Assembly: GCA_017499595.2 (NCBI GenBank)
Contig: CM039008.1
Span: 2,480,001 to 2,544,000 of the forward strand
Direction of reading: 5' to 3'
Length of the DNA: 64,000 nucleotides
Origin: Psilocybe cubensis
Taxonomy: Eukaryota
The stretch's first letter is position 1. Each line of letters begins with the position of its first letter. The position numbers and the translations under genes were made by a program. Under the pieces are notes generated by a model. The model was not told the origin of the DNA. It saw only the letters and a program-made list of their open reading frames with translations, and made no database searches. This document shows, piece by piece, positions 42,522-54,022 of this stretch.

Positions 42522-45500
42522 CTACTTCTGAAGCTTAGATAAAATCTTTTCTCTGGATGTAATTAATTTCTGTTTGACCAACATTAGGCATCGAATCGTC
42601 TCTGGTTTAAGACTAGCGCGCCGAAGCGAGATAGTGTCACGGCCACTGGAAAAAATCCTCTTGACTGCAACTGCTGATCCTAGAGACAGTTAAATAAATG
42701 GCAAATACTCTGTTTTGCATCATACAGCTTACCAGGTATGGATAGTAGATCACAAGCCAGGCAATGAAGTCGCGGAAATTGAGCTTTTCGCCCTTGCCAC
42801 CATTCGACTGGATTGCATGCATTGAAGTCTTCTTGTTGAAGATTCCAAAATTCGGTCAGCTCGTCCGCAGGTGCACGCTTGCGCTGAAATCGGGATGTAA
42901 AGCTTTTTTGAGGAGACGCAGAAAATGACTGTGACAATGACACAGATGACTGTGAGGATGCCGCTGAGAGCGGCTGGGGAGCAGAAACCAAGAGTGGTGG
43001 ATAGTTCTCATCAAAATATCTGCGTAGATTTGATTTAGCAGACTCTAGCTCAGCAGATAACTGAGGATCATCTTGAAAATCATCCCTTAACGCGTCATAC
43101 GATATACGAGGATCCAGAACTTCAAAGATTTGTTTGAACAAAACCAAACATATGCAAAGAGAGCCACGTACGTGAAGACCAAAGGTAAAATGGCGACTCG
43201 TCAAATGTGTGGAAGTAGTCGCTCAGCTTTCTATGCGCATCGGTAAGCCCTTTCAGCAGAGATGGAGGTGTAGACATTGGAAGAGAACATATTATGGCTT
43301 GAATATCTTCTTGTAGACCGCGAAAAATGGCCTAAATCGATGACAACATGGGTGTTTGAGTTTGGGACATCTGTGTTGTTGCTAGACGGAAAGATTTTAG
43401 CCAGCCGGTTACCAGCTCAATGGAATGCCAATCTTCTGGAGATAATAGATATGGCCAGAGATCATTGTGGAGATGAACATATGAGTCAATAATGGCTCGA
43501 TAATCAAGTGCACGGCCTAGTGAAAGATTTGAGTATATGACGTGGCAGCCTGAGGGTACTATGCAGCTTGAATGTTACTCACGAAACATTTGATGAGTTG
43601 ATGACCATCGTGTCTTAACATCCAGAATTAACATCAAACTAGATAGCGTAGGATGTAACGGTGGCAAATTCTTGTTGAACTTTGCTATTTCTTGATACCA
43701 ATGTTGGCGTCGCTGGGAACTTGATCGCACTGATCGAACAATTTTCCGAAGCTAAACATTCAAATATGTCAACTGTAAGTCCAAGTCTTAAGTGACATTA
43801 AAATTTACTTTATAGACTGCCAATCGTACGTCTTGGGAGGGAACTTCACTGTCTTCATCTTCATCACCATCCTCTTTCGAAACATCCATATCAAATTCAC
43901 GATCAACGTGAGAACTAACTTCATCTTGATATGTAAATCCAATTGTTTGGGCTCATAGACTATCATCTGATGAGATAATTCCAATACCCTCGAGCAGCTA
44001 GCGATGGAACATTAAGCAGAAAGTCAAGGTTCAAAACAAGAACAAATATACCTTGAGTGCAGCAAGATGAATTGTGTGCGGCATGCAACGCATACGTGAG
44101 TTGGTTGCTGAAAATGGTATGTCATTTGCCTTGCATCGAGCTTCGAGCGACTGGATCATGGTATCATTGTTGCTTGCATTATCCATCATGATTGCCATAA
44201 TCTGATATACAATGTGAATGAAAAACAGGCCGATTAACTTTGATTACTGCACCTTAGCAGTTATTCCATAGCAATCTAATGTAGACCACACGAGAGCAGC
44301 CATGTTTTCCCCTGAATGAGCACCCATTATTTCCCGGAAATCAATAAGGAGCTCTTCTATGAGGCAACGGTCAAAATAGCTTCTATATTAGTGGGAAAAA
44401 GGGCTTACCATATTGACCATCATTCTTGATGTAATGCGCTACAATGGCGAGAAATGCATAACCATTTCCCGAGCTCCATGCATCAAGTGAAAGACTAATC
44501 TTGCCTCGTAACTCCTACACATTAAGTACATTAGATCATGTTTGTACCATTGGTAGAAATAGCACTTACAGCAAACATGGCTCTGGTATCGGAAACTGTA
44601 TCCTCGCCCAGTGTCATAATGCGTCGGCGAACACCATCTTTTTTAGGAAGAGAAAATGTGCTTGGATTCCGTTGATACTCCATCAAAGCAACAAACTCGG
44701 GTTTTTCGACTTCGTCAAATGGCTGGTCACATGCCACAATCCATTCAATAAGAAGACTCTCAAACTGCTGTTGGTTCCAGGGCTCCTATTTGGTTTGATC
44801 AGCACCGAGGAACCACAAAATAATTGTACACAATACCATTGCTTTTTCCTTCTGCCGTATGAAGGCGTCTTCAATATTGGTGGACTTGGCCTTAAATTTG
44901 CGAAGATAGTCCGAATGGACTGATGTGTCATATACCTTGCTTCCAGACGCAAACTCAATCTCTTCCTTTGTTGGTGGGGTATCGGTGCGCAGTTTGAGAT
45001 AGCTATAGAGTTGGTACAATGTTGGAAAGTGTGATTTGAGGTGACCAATTAAACCTAAACTTCTTTGTTAGTTTGCGAGTTTTTTTTGAATCCATGAAAA
45101 ATTGTGAATATCTGACCATTGAGGCTATGGTTCATCGCTTTTGAAATGGTAAATGTCTTACGATCTCCATGGTAGCACCGATAGTGGCGATCACCGGGTT
45201 CTCCAATATTTCCATTTCTATTTACAGAGACCTCTTCGTAAAACAGGTATACCGGATTTTGTTTACCTTTTGCCTAGTCAAGAATTATTGGGTCAGCGAC
45301 ATGATAACAATGTATAGTATAGCATAGATTACCTTCTTCTTAACCAAGTCTGGAGTAGCACTAGAACTCTCAGACGGCGCAGTGAATTGAGAAGACTGAA
45401 TGTAAGGGTCTAGGGCAGCACGTCTTTTTTTGGGCGCTGGCTTTTTTCCAGAAGAGTGACGTTTCTTGCCAGACGGAATGGTTTTCGTTGAAAGACTATT

Positions 45501-46043
45501 AGCCAACTAGTAAACAAGTGGTACTGATTAGCTACTTGCTCACGACCAAAATGAGACACTGGAATAAATACCTCAACGTTTGATATCTCCTGGCAGTCAC
45601 CGTCACTGTCGTTTGATGAGACTGATTCAGTGCCGCTGGATGATGTGTCAGTAAAATCTCCATCCGAAGCATCAGTGAGTGTCTCAGCATTCCGAGGCTG
45701 CCGTCGCTTTCGCTTTTTTGTTAACCTTCTGCGGGAATGCTCGCCATCAGATTGCTTTTCAGCATCAAGAATCTCCTGCATGCGGACGGAGTTGCGGGCT
45801 CTTCCACTTCGAAATGCTGTTGATTCTACTAATATAAGGTCATTAGGGGTTTGTACAATTGAATCATGACTCACTTTCTGACTTGTTTGTTGACTCGGAT
45901 GCCTGAACTGGAGCTGGCGGAGCAAGGATTGCATCGTCGGCATCATATTGCCACTGGATTTGCGAGGCATCCTTGAGTGAGCCGTCTTTGTTGAGTGCAC
46001 ATTGCTCCAAGTTGGACCCAGCACTTTTGAGTTGAGGATGCAT
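42522..46043 (-). pseudogene. Intron-containing hAT transposase, inactivated
   Basis: BED-like YRCYH...LIGHLKSHF, SLDAWSS (D1), HSGENMA, DNASNND (D2), RCMPHTIHL, LDVKTRWSS, WW..RKAQFPRL, SAVAVKRIFS (K where E is expected); in-frame stops TGA 43953-43955 and TAG 43332-43334. Confidence 0.9.
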
Positions 46044-46311
46044 CTTCACGTTGCAGCTTGTGACGACAATCAGATTGAAGGAGCAAGTTGGAACGTTTAA
46101 CGAGGGGAAAAGATGCAAAAATGAAAGTGTACATTACCCCCTGATCATTTATGACCATCATTCCCTGCTATGAGTCCTACAAAATGCAATTAAATCATGG
46201 ATACTGATCGTTAAACTGCCTCGGCAGGCACCGTGTTGATATGCATTAATGCAAAGCACCAAACAAGCTCGTACAAGCATACCAGACCATTTTATCTGCA
46301 AAATGGGTGTG

Positions 46312-46475
46312 CACCCGTACATCCGTCAAAACCGTATTACGGTGTAAAATTATGACTTACAGTACGGCTGACGGCCGTATCATTGACGGCCGCCAACATG
46401 GCATTTAATTACTACCAACGGGACGGCTATACACCCGTAAAATACGGCCGTATAAACCGTATCATACGGCGACGG
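46312..46475. repeat. Right subterminal TACGG/CCGTA motif array of the hAT element
   Basis: Repeated CCGTA/TACGG/GACGG motifs mirroring the left end. Confidence 0.8.
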
Positions 46476-46982
46476 CGCGAAGCCCTAGTTATTTAATCAT
46501 GCCGTGCAATGCTATACAGATATTAGTACATTTTCAACATATTTGTCGGCTTGATCGTGTTTACAGGATATCTGGTAATCAGTATTCAAAAAGGGAAATC
46601 TAGGTGGGTACATACCTCTACTTAAAGTTAGACTTAGAGATCGCAGCAGAGAAAAAGGTACCCCTCTCGCGGAGACGACGGCGACATGAAACAGCTTACT
46701 TCGATTGTGCGTTAAGAATTCCGTTGAAACTGATCAATAATCACAGCAGTGCACCCGGATTATCGTCATCTACTTAACTGGGCACGTACACATATGTGGT
46801 CAAATGAACTGTTGTATTTGAACCCTTACACATGCACAGCTTTGTTGGCAGTGTAGTCGGATGAGTGACTGATGGCAGCCACGCGGCGCCGGAGTCAAGC
46901 GCCGACAAAAGAATGTAAATAAGTAGCTCTCAGTCGGCAAGTACTATTTTTGGGCCACATACATTTCTTATTCTAAACTCCC

Positions 46983-47924
46983 ATGTCTCTTGTCAGTCAA
47001 TTTACTAGCTTTTTTTCAGGGCTACATGTTTTGAAGAATTGTAGAACATACTATAGTTCGCATTTCCTATCCAAACTATCTTCCAAATCTACAACTGACG
47101 ACTGTACCTTGCTTGGTTGAAACTAGAATTCACTTTGTTTGCATCTTCAGCGGCGTGTCTGCTGAACCTCCTAGTCTGCGTGTTATCCGTTATACGATTG
47201 TCGATGTTTGATGGTAAGTCTTTGAAACCCACTTGATGTGCTCAAATCGCTAATATCATTCACTCCGGAACGTCCTATGTTTGCTTTAGTATTCAATTAT
47301 GGAATGTTGACACTCTTCTACGGGTTTTTTGCATTAGCCATAAGTTTCTTGTAAGAAGCAATATCTCATTTGTTTCATGATGGAAGTTATTTGTTAACAT
47401 CAAAGACGGTGAAATAGGCTGAAGTACAGTAATCAACCTGATTCCACCCACTGGATGACCAATGCCCAATCCCATATCATTGGATCCTCTTTGATTGCAT
47501 TCTCCATGTTCGGTGAGTGTTCAATACTGCGAAATCCGAATTGATGGATCATTGATGGCTTTCTGCCCTATGAAAAAACACCAGTCGTTCGTTCGGTATG
47601 GTATCATGGATCTTTTGGTATTTGCCTAAGCTATGGCATGTCATTGGGAGCTCTATTTTGTCAAATCTTCAACATCAGTAATATTCTTGCTCAGACAGCT
47701 CCCACCTCAAGTTCGTCATGGCCTGTGTACATTTGCGCGTGTGCTAACTTGATGCCTGTTTATCAGTGATCATAGCGGCCTGGCTTATTTACTTTTCCGC
47801 CATTGCACATACTGGAGCCCATCCCATCCCATTTGCCACGACTTCACAGCCAGTTACTAGGGTTTGGAGGCATCTGAACGTAACAGAGGTCAATGGTCCT
47901 CGTGGTGAAATCGCTTTGCCGTGA
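46983..47924 (+). CDS. Small four-transmembrane hypothetical protein, 6 exons; likely paralogue of 17993-18923
   Basis: Five GT-AG introns (phases 1,1,2,1,1) give an open frame MSLVSQF...AACLLNLLVCVLSVI...GMLTLFYGFFALAISFL...GICLSYGMSLGALFC...MIIAAWLIYFSAI...EIALP*; not visible in the ORF track. Confidence 0.6.
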
Positions 47925-48161
47925 ATGTCGGACCTTACGATAGTTCGGTAGCAGAATTCAATATTATTTCTGCTCGACATGTCCTAGTCAACTGGTAATA
48001 AAATACATAAGTAGTAAAGATACAGCTTTCGCATGTGGCAAGCACAACCACAGCCCCTCCATCCAAAGCAGTCCTTGCATGCAATCCTACGAAAGAAAGA
48101 AATCCAAAATAAAAAGACAACAGGGAGCACTGGACGGGTTAATTATAATGATAAGTGTCAG

Positions 48162-51100
48162 CTAGCCCTGATATCTACCCTTCCGCTTGTCTTCGTAAAG
48201 TTCCATGCGTCCAATGACCTCTTCTGACCCCTGGCTTGCTCCACCCTCGCTCGTTCCCATCGTACTAGAGCTTGTGGATGAGTGTCGTCCTCTTCCAACA
48301 CCCTGTCCCGATCCAGAGGTGTAGAAGTAAGGAGGATAAGGAAGCCTGTTCGGATCCAAATCCTTTTCACTACTTTCTCGAGAAGGAAAACCGAGGCTAA
48401 GCCCGCGTGACGGACGTGAGGTAGAGCTCCCACTGGTACTAGTGTCATCCCTGGCCTGCGAAACAGATGTAGCAGAAGAAATGGAACCTTGAGTGGCGCT
48501 GCTATTCTTCTTCCGCCGCGTGCTACCTCCACCTAGACCTTCCAGACTCTTGAGGAACCGCTCGTTCATTTGCTTCAACCTTTCATCGACCTCATTCTGA
48601 CTGGTAAGCATAGGGCCCCGATTTGGGGAAGTAGAGAGCTGCGCAGCCCGCTCCGCAGTGGACGCAAGGCGATCGTCAAGATCCGCAACGTCAAAAGTGG
48701 GAGAATCATCCAACGGTGGCGGCGAGGTGGTGTACGCGTCTTCGCCCACATATGCACCAGCAGTGCCATCGAGTCGCCGCCGCCGTTGGTCTGTTTCCGT
48801 ACTCTCCAGGCTCCACCCCGATCGCTCTTTCTCCTTGCCTTTAGCTGATGAGGACTCCGAGGGTACCAGACCATGTCCACGTTCTTCATAATGCCATCCA
48901 TATTTCCTCTGCTGTTCGAGCTGTACTCGGTCTCGATCCTGTTTCTCTCTTTCCTTCGTTCGACCTGTGAGCGGTTTACGTTCTTCGATATCCTGAACAA
49001 AAATGGATATGTCGTCGTCGTCTGTCCTAGTGTTAAGAAACGAAATAACATCCTGTAAAGATGAAAGCGCGTTAGTGATGTAGAAAGGATCAAAACAACC
49101 CATAGTGAATAAACAGGCAGAAAGTAGTACGGAGGAACAACGGGAGCGAATTTCCATGGCCTGAATGACAGATAAAGAAGCGGGGCGTCGAATCACTAGC
49201 CTAGTCTAACGTAGGGTCTAGCTTATCAATTTCCGTCCACCAACGGTACACACAATACACGGCTCCACGGCGAATTGAACCAAAATGACATCCACAGCAA
49301 GCACGAATAAAAGAAAATGGCTTACTTCTCTTTTCCCCTCTTGTCCACTACCAGCACCAAGACTTGCAGGAGTGCCTCGACCACTTGCATTCCCGCTTCC
49401 AGGAGTACTTCCACTACCTCCAACATTCCTACCATCAAGGCCACCGACGACGGCTCCTCCACTATTGGCAGAACCAGGGGCAGGAATTCCAGTTCCGCTG
49501 CCCACACTACCAGCATAGCGATGACCAAAACTACTAGAATATCTCTTCCTCGTTGGCATAGGTACAGGGACAGGAGCGCGTCCCTCCTCAACCTCTCCAT
49601 TTCCGCCTCCTGCCATACCTATACCCGACCCCTGACCAAAGCTGTTCACGCTCATCCTCCTGTCGCGGTCTCTCTCTGAACTTGCTCCGCTTCCACTCGT
49701 CCCTGGACGTCGATCCCCAAGACTAGATGGCGCAAAGGTGGTCGCACCTGCAGGCGGTGAAGGATAGACAAAACCAGTGCTCATCGGCGATGGAGGTAGC
49801 CGGGCCGGGTTCCCGATGGGCGAATGTGTGGCTCCAGAGAGGACTGAAGGCCCCCCTGCAGGAGAGCCGCTGCCTCCGGCACCCTGCCGAATTGATAGTG
49901 AAGGAGATGACCCAGAATTGCTTGAGAATGTGTTGGATTTGAAAGGGTGAACCTGGCCGATGTTGGGTCGGCGGATGGGGAGAGCCCCGGAGACAGGAGA
50001 GGAAGATAGTGATGAAGTGCCGGCGGGTGGGCCTAAAGGAAGATCTCTGGTGGATAGCAAAGAAGAGGAAGAAGAATTGAGGCTCTCCTTTCGCAGACGG
50101 TTGACTGCCAGACCAGAGGCAGGAATGGGTTGTGAAGGGATAGCATGAGGGGTATTGGATGAGGGGTTTGTTGAAGGAAATGGTCGTGGTGGGGGTATAA
50201 GTGCACTTGTCCCGGAGCTCGCAGTCATTCCTAAAGAAGGTGCCCCCATACTTGACACACGGGATGGGAGTATGAACCTCTCAGCCACGCTGACACTGTC
50301 CGCGCCACTGCCCCCTGAAGTAGTCTTTCCAATGGCCCTGGGAGGAGATCGGGACACACTTGAGCGAATGCCACTACTGGTGGGCAAAGATGATCCTGAC
50401 ATGGAGTCGCGTTGCCGATTCTTATCTAGAGTCGGGATAAAACCCTCTAGATCGAGGGATATGAACCTGGACGACAGCAGGGACTCTAATTCGTCCAGTT
50501 GGAAGTTGGGGGTATTTAGATAAGTGGTGGATAAATTGAATGTCCCGAACAGATGGGGCACAGGGTGGAAATTGTGAGTTGAGGTGGGAAGCGGTGTACG
50601 GTACGTTGGTGACAGTCTGGCGTCTAATTGAATGAATAAGTTGACCTAGTCCTCATTGTTCATCAAAATACTCACCGAACCCAAGTATCCTCGTGTCGTT
50701 CTCATCCTCCCCGTGAGGTCGCACCCTCACTTTGATTCCCAGGTGCCCATTCCTATTGATTCCCCCAACTTTCCTCTTTAGACGCTTGTAGAACTTCCAT
50801 ACAGGCAGCACCCTGAGCAAACTGAAGACGCTGCGAAACAATATGATGCCCTGCTTGTAGATTATGGGAAGGGCGACATCTGTATTGTCCCCAGGTTGAT
50901 GTCCAGGGCGATGTAAGGTCATCCCCAGAGACCATGTCTCTAAAAGTATGAACTTTGGAGTTGGCTCGATTCTGACGCGAGATGAGTCAGGAGACATATA
51001 CACCAGGACTTGGTTATTTGTCAGGTCTGGAATCGACAAAAGTACTTGTAATTCTAGCGTCGGAGGACCTGGAAGTGGAGCTAATGAGATGCTCCGATAA

Positions 51101-51324
51101 GGCTCGCGCGCCTCCTTGGTGAAGAGGTCCGAGTCGGGAGTCTCCAAGTTGAACTAGATATCGTTAGGTATTGTTCTCAGATTTATAGACAGTCCTCGCA
51201 CCCATTTATCAGGTTTTGGATTCGTACTTGGTTCCTCCGTCGCCCTAGCATGATTCACAGCATAGAACAATTTCGTATAAAAGTGGAAGGCTATCTGATC
51301 AGCTTTGAGGATGTCATTGGACAT
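48162..51324 (-). CDS. ATG13: Autophagy-related protein 13
   Basis: HORMA N-terminus KADQIAFHFYTK...DKWFNLE, ILLETW, LPIIYKQGIILFRSVFSLLRVLPVWK; long Ser/Gly-rich IDR; DDDDISIFVQDIE motif. Confidence 0.9.
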
Positions 51325-51849
51325 GTCGTTGTATTATCGTGGTCGTGTATCTGTACAAGCAGATTATGTGTGGTTTAGGCGTTTGTAGTCATTTGAAAAG
51401 GATTCTAAGAGAATGTAGCTTAAGAACGTGGGGAACGAGCAGCAAGGAGGACCGCGCAGTTGAGGCGAGGTTCAAACCACAAATGGGTTCGGTCCGTCGT
51501 CAGCGCAAATATTTGATTACCCGCCTTATTAGGGCAATGTCGGCAGCAATGCCTCTGGTTTGTGTGTAAATGTTGTTATCTTACTTCGCAAATCACAACG
51601 AGATTGTAGTATAGCATTTGATGCGAAACAATGTCGTACAACGCGGAAACCTGCTGACAGGAGCATGTCGCAAATTTCAATAACAGAATTTAAAACATGT
51701 TCCCAGAGCAAATGGACGTCCTCTACATACAGATATGGGCAATTCGAGCATCAGCTACGTAGCCATATTCCGCCACAATTCCGAAGAAGGAGTGCTGTCG
51801 TGATGAAGTCGACCTACTAAGGAGTGGAATGGAAGCGACACATATACTA

Positions 51850-52800
51850 GTTGAACCATGCTCCGCTACCGGGATGGCGATAACCTACGCATTTCCAGGT
51901 CACGATGGCATCTTTTTCTGGAAACGTGAGGACTGGAAAACAAATTGAGATATCTGTACACAAGTGATTTGCGGCAAGCTACCACGTACTGGATGCCCTC
52001 TGGTGTGCTGGAGGTGGGGAGGGGGTGATAATATTAATAAATACCCCAGATAAGGGAGAAATAGCACCTTTTCTCTGAAAGATCCTCTTTGCCGGCAGCG
52101 GTCACTGTTCCCTGCCTTCAGCACCGTATATCCCAAATGAGCTGGTAATTATAAACCTGCTAGCAAATTCTGAGTGGCTGGGTGGAGATATGTTGGAGGG
52201 AAGTTAGACTTGCCTTGTTTGAGGTTCCTAACACACCACAAGTTCTCGACAAGCTTTGACAAACAGGATGATAGACTTGTATTCCTTACTAAAGATTAGT
52301 TCAAAGATATTCCCAAGCTGGACCAATAGTATACACGATTTTCGGTTGCAAAGTATAACCGTGATGTGTACCAGAGCAAAAGCATTGTAGGCCCGTCAAG
52401 TCATCTTGAGAAGATTTCTTCATCACCAGTTCTAGACAGCTGGACTACCTCACGTACCAATTGCAACCATCGAGACGTCAAGCATACGGCTGAAGAAAAC
52501 GGCCATCTAGCAACTGGCCACTTGGGACAACGGACAAACAGCCAAATATTGCGACAGATCCTATATGAATGGTAGCGTCGCCTGTCCAGAACCAGTGCCA
52601 CAGTAGATTCCTTTACATCGCCTCCTTTTGCTTTATCTGAAGCTTTGAATCCACGAATTTCATGATAGGGTAGAATTTTTCTTGCCAGAAAGGCTTTCTT
52701 GCTCTTTTAAAGGCCAAATGCTGCGTCAATTTGTTGATTGAAGTTGAACCCAAGTTGCTAGAGGTATAAGTACGGAACGACTTCACGAAGGCAGGCCAGC
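51850..52800 (-). pseudogene. Possible degraded gene or transposon relic
   Basis: Protein-like stretches on the minus strand broken by stops and frame changes, with intron-like GT/GC..AG segments; no family recognised. Confidence 0.25.
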
Positions 52801-54022
52801 GTCCTGGATTGCTGAAACGAAAAGTGAAAAAAATGTCTGGAGCTAAAATGTGTTGATTGTAATTTTAAACAGAGCGGGGTTGAAAAATTCCTTGCCGAAT
52901 GATTGCCGAGGTTTACAAAGATATATATTAACTTTTGCTATTCATTCTATGGTGAGCTCGCGGGAAGGGAAGAGAAAAAACTGAAACGCAATGAGCTGAG
53001 TGAACATGAGCTGAGAGGTTACAAGAGCTGAGAGGTTGGGTGCAAAAATTGTATGAATTTTTTGTCGCCGAATCTCTCTTGCGAGGGGCCATCGAAAGCC
53101 GACACGGGGCCCAAGCTCAAACCGGAACTGGCGAGTATTATGCTACAAAGACTCAAGGAAAACAACAAGAATGTAACAAGATGAAGTCAAAAACAAGAAC
53201 AAAAACAACAGAAACAGAAAATGGGAATGTGGCAAGGGTGGGGAAGCAAAAAACAAGCTCGAGGCGATGCCTAACGAGCAGTGTGAGAATGCAAGAGAGA
53301 AACAGAGAAACTAACGAGCAGAAATGGACTATATAACACAACTGCGAGACAAAGGCCTTGCGAGCGGCGTCGATCTAATCTAATCAGCGCGTAGGTCGCG
53401 CGCTGCGGGTTTGCTCATACAACGTTAAATAATTTATGGCAAAATATGGAAAACTAATTTGCGTTTTGGCTAAATACGTGAAGATATTGAATAATTAATT
53501 ACTATATTTGGAAGGTACACGGAAATAAATTTCACATAAATCGCGACAAATTAAATAATAATAATAATTCTTAATATTTGAATTAATATTATTTAATACT
53601 TCATTTCAAATTAAATCTCCGCCTCAAGTAAACTATGTCGGTCGCACATTTAATTGTTCCACTCCAACTGTCAACGTCAACCCCCATCTTCAAGATATTG
53701 AATCCGAAATATATATCTCAATACTCTCAATCATCTCGGTCATTCTGCTCCAAGCTTCTGAAGATGCTTATTCTGTCAATATTTCGTTTGTCAGACATCA
53801 TCAAACCTTGCAAAAATAGAAGATGAACAGCCCAGTGCTCGGATTTCAGTCAAGTCTCATCGATTGAGATAATACCCTGCTGCTTCCAATCGATGTTGTG
53901 GCATTTTCAGTACACGTGTCGCTAGTAAAGCCTTTTCTTTGATTACAGGGCCTTTTTACCTTGTACATTCAATCTTGAACGTTCGTGGCCGAGTCCCATC
54001 TGACTACTCCTTCACTGCAATT

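Larger units (their letters stand above)
42328..46487 (-). mobile_element. Full-length hAT-superfamily DNA transposon (4160 bp)
   Basis: TIRs TAGGGCATCGCACCGT vs reverse complement TAGGGCTTCGCGCCGT (14/16); perfect 8-bp TSD GTTATTTA at 42320-42327 and 46488-46495; internal hAT transposase. Confidence 0.95.

Noticed and set aside
53385-53405. GC-rich hairpin CAGCGCG-N7-CGCGCTG as a Helitron 3' end
   Set aside because: No CTRR terminus at the expected distance on either strand and no matching 5' end or helicase remnant recognised
53939-54022. ORF-track N-terminal extension of the HET gene from a TTG start
   Set aside because: Eukaryotic gene; ATG 54023 gives the MRLIN start typical of HET proteins
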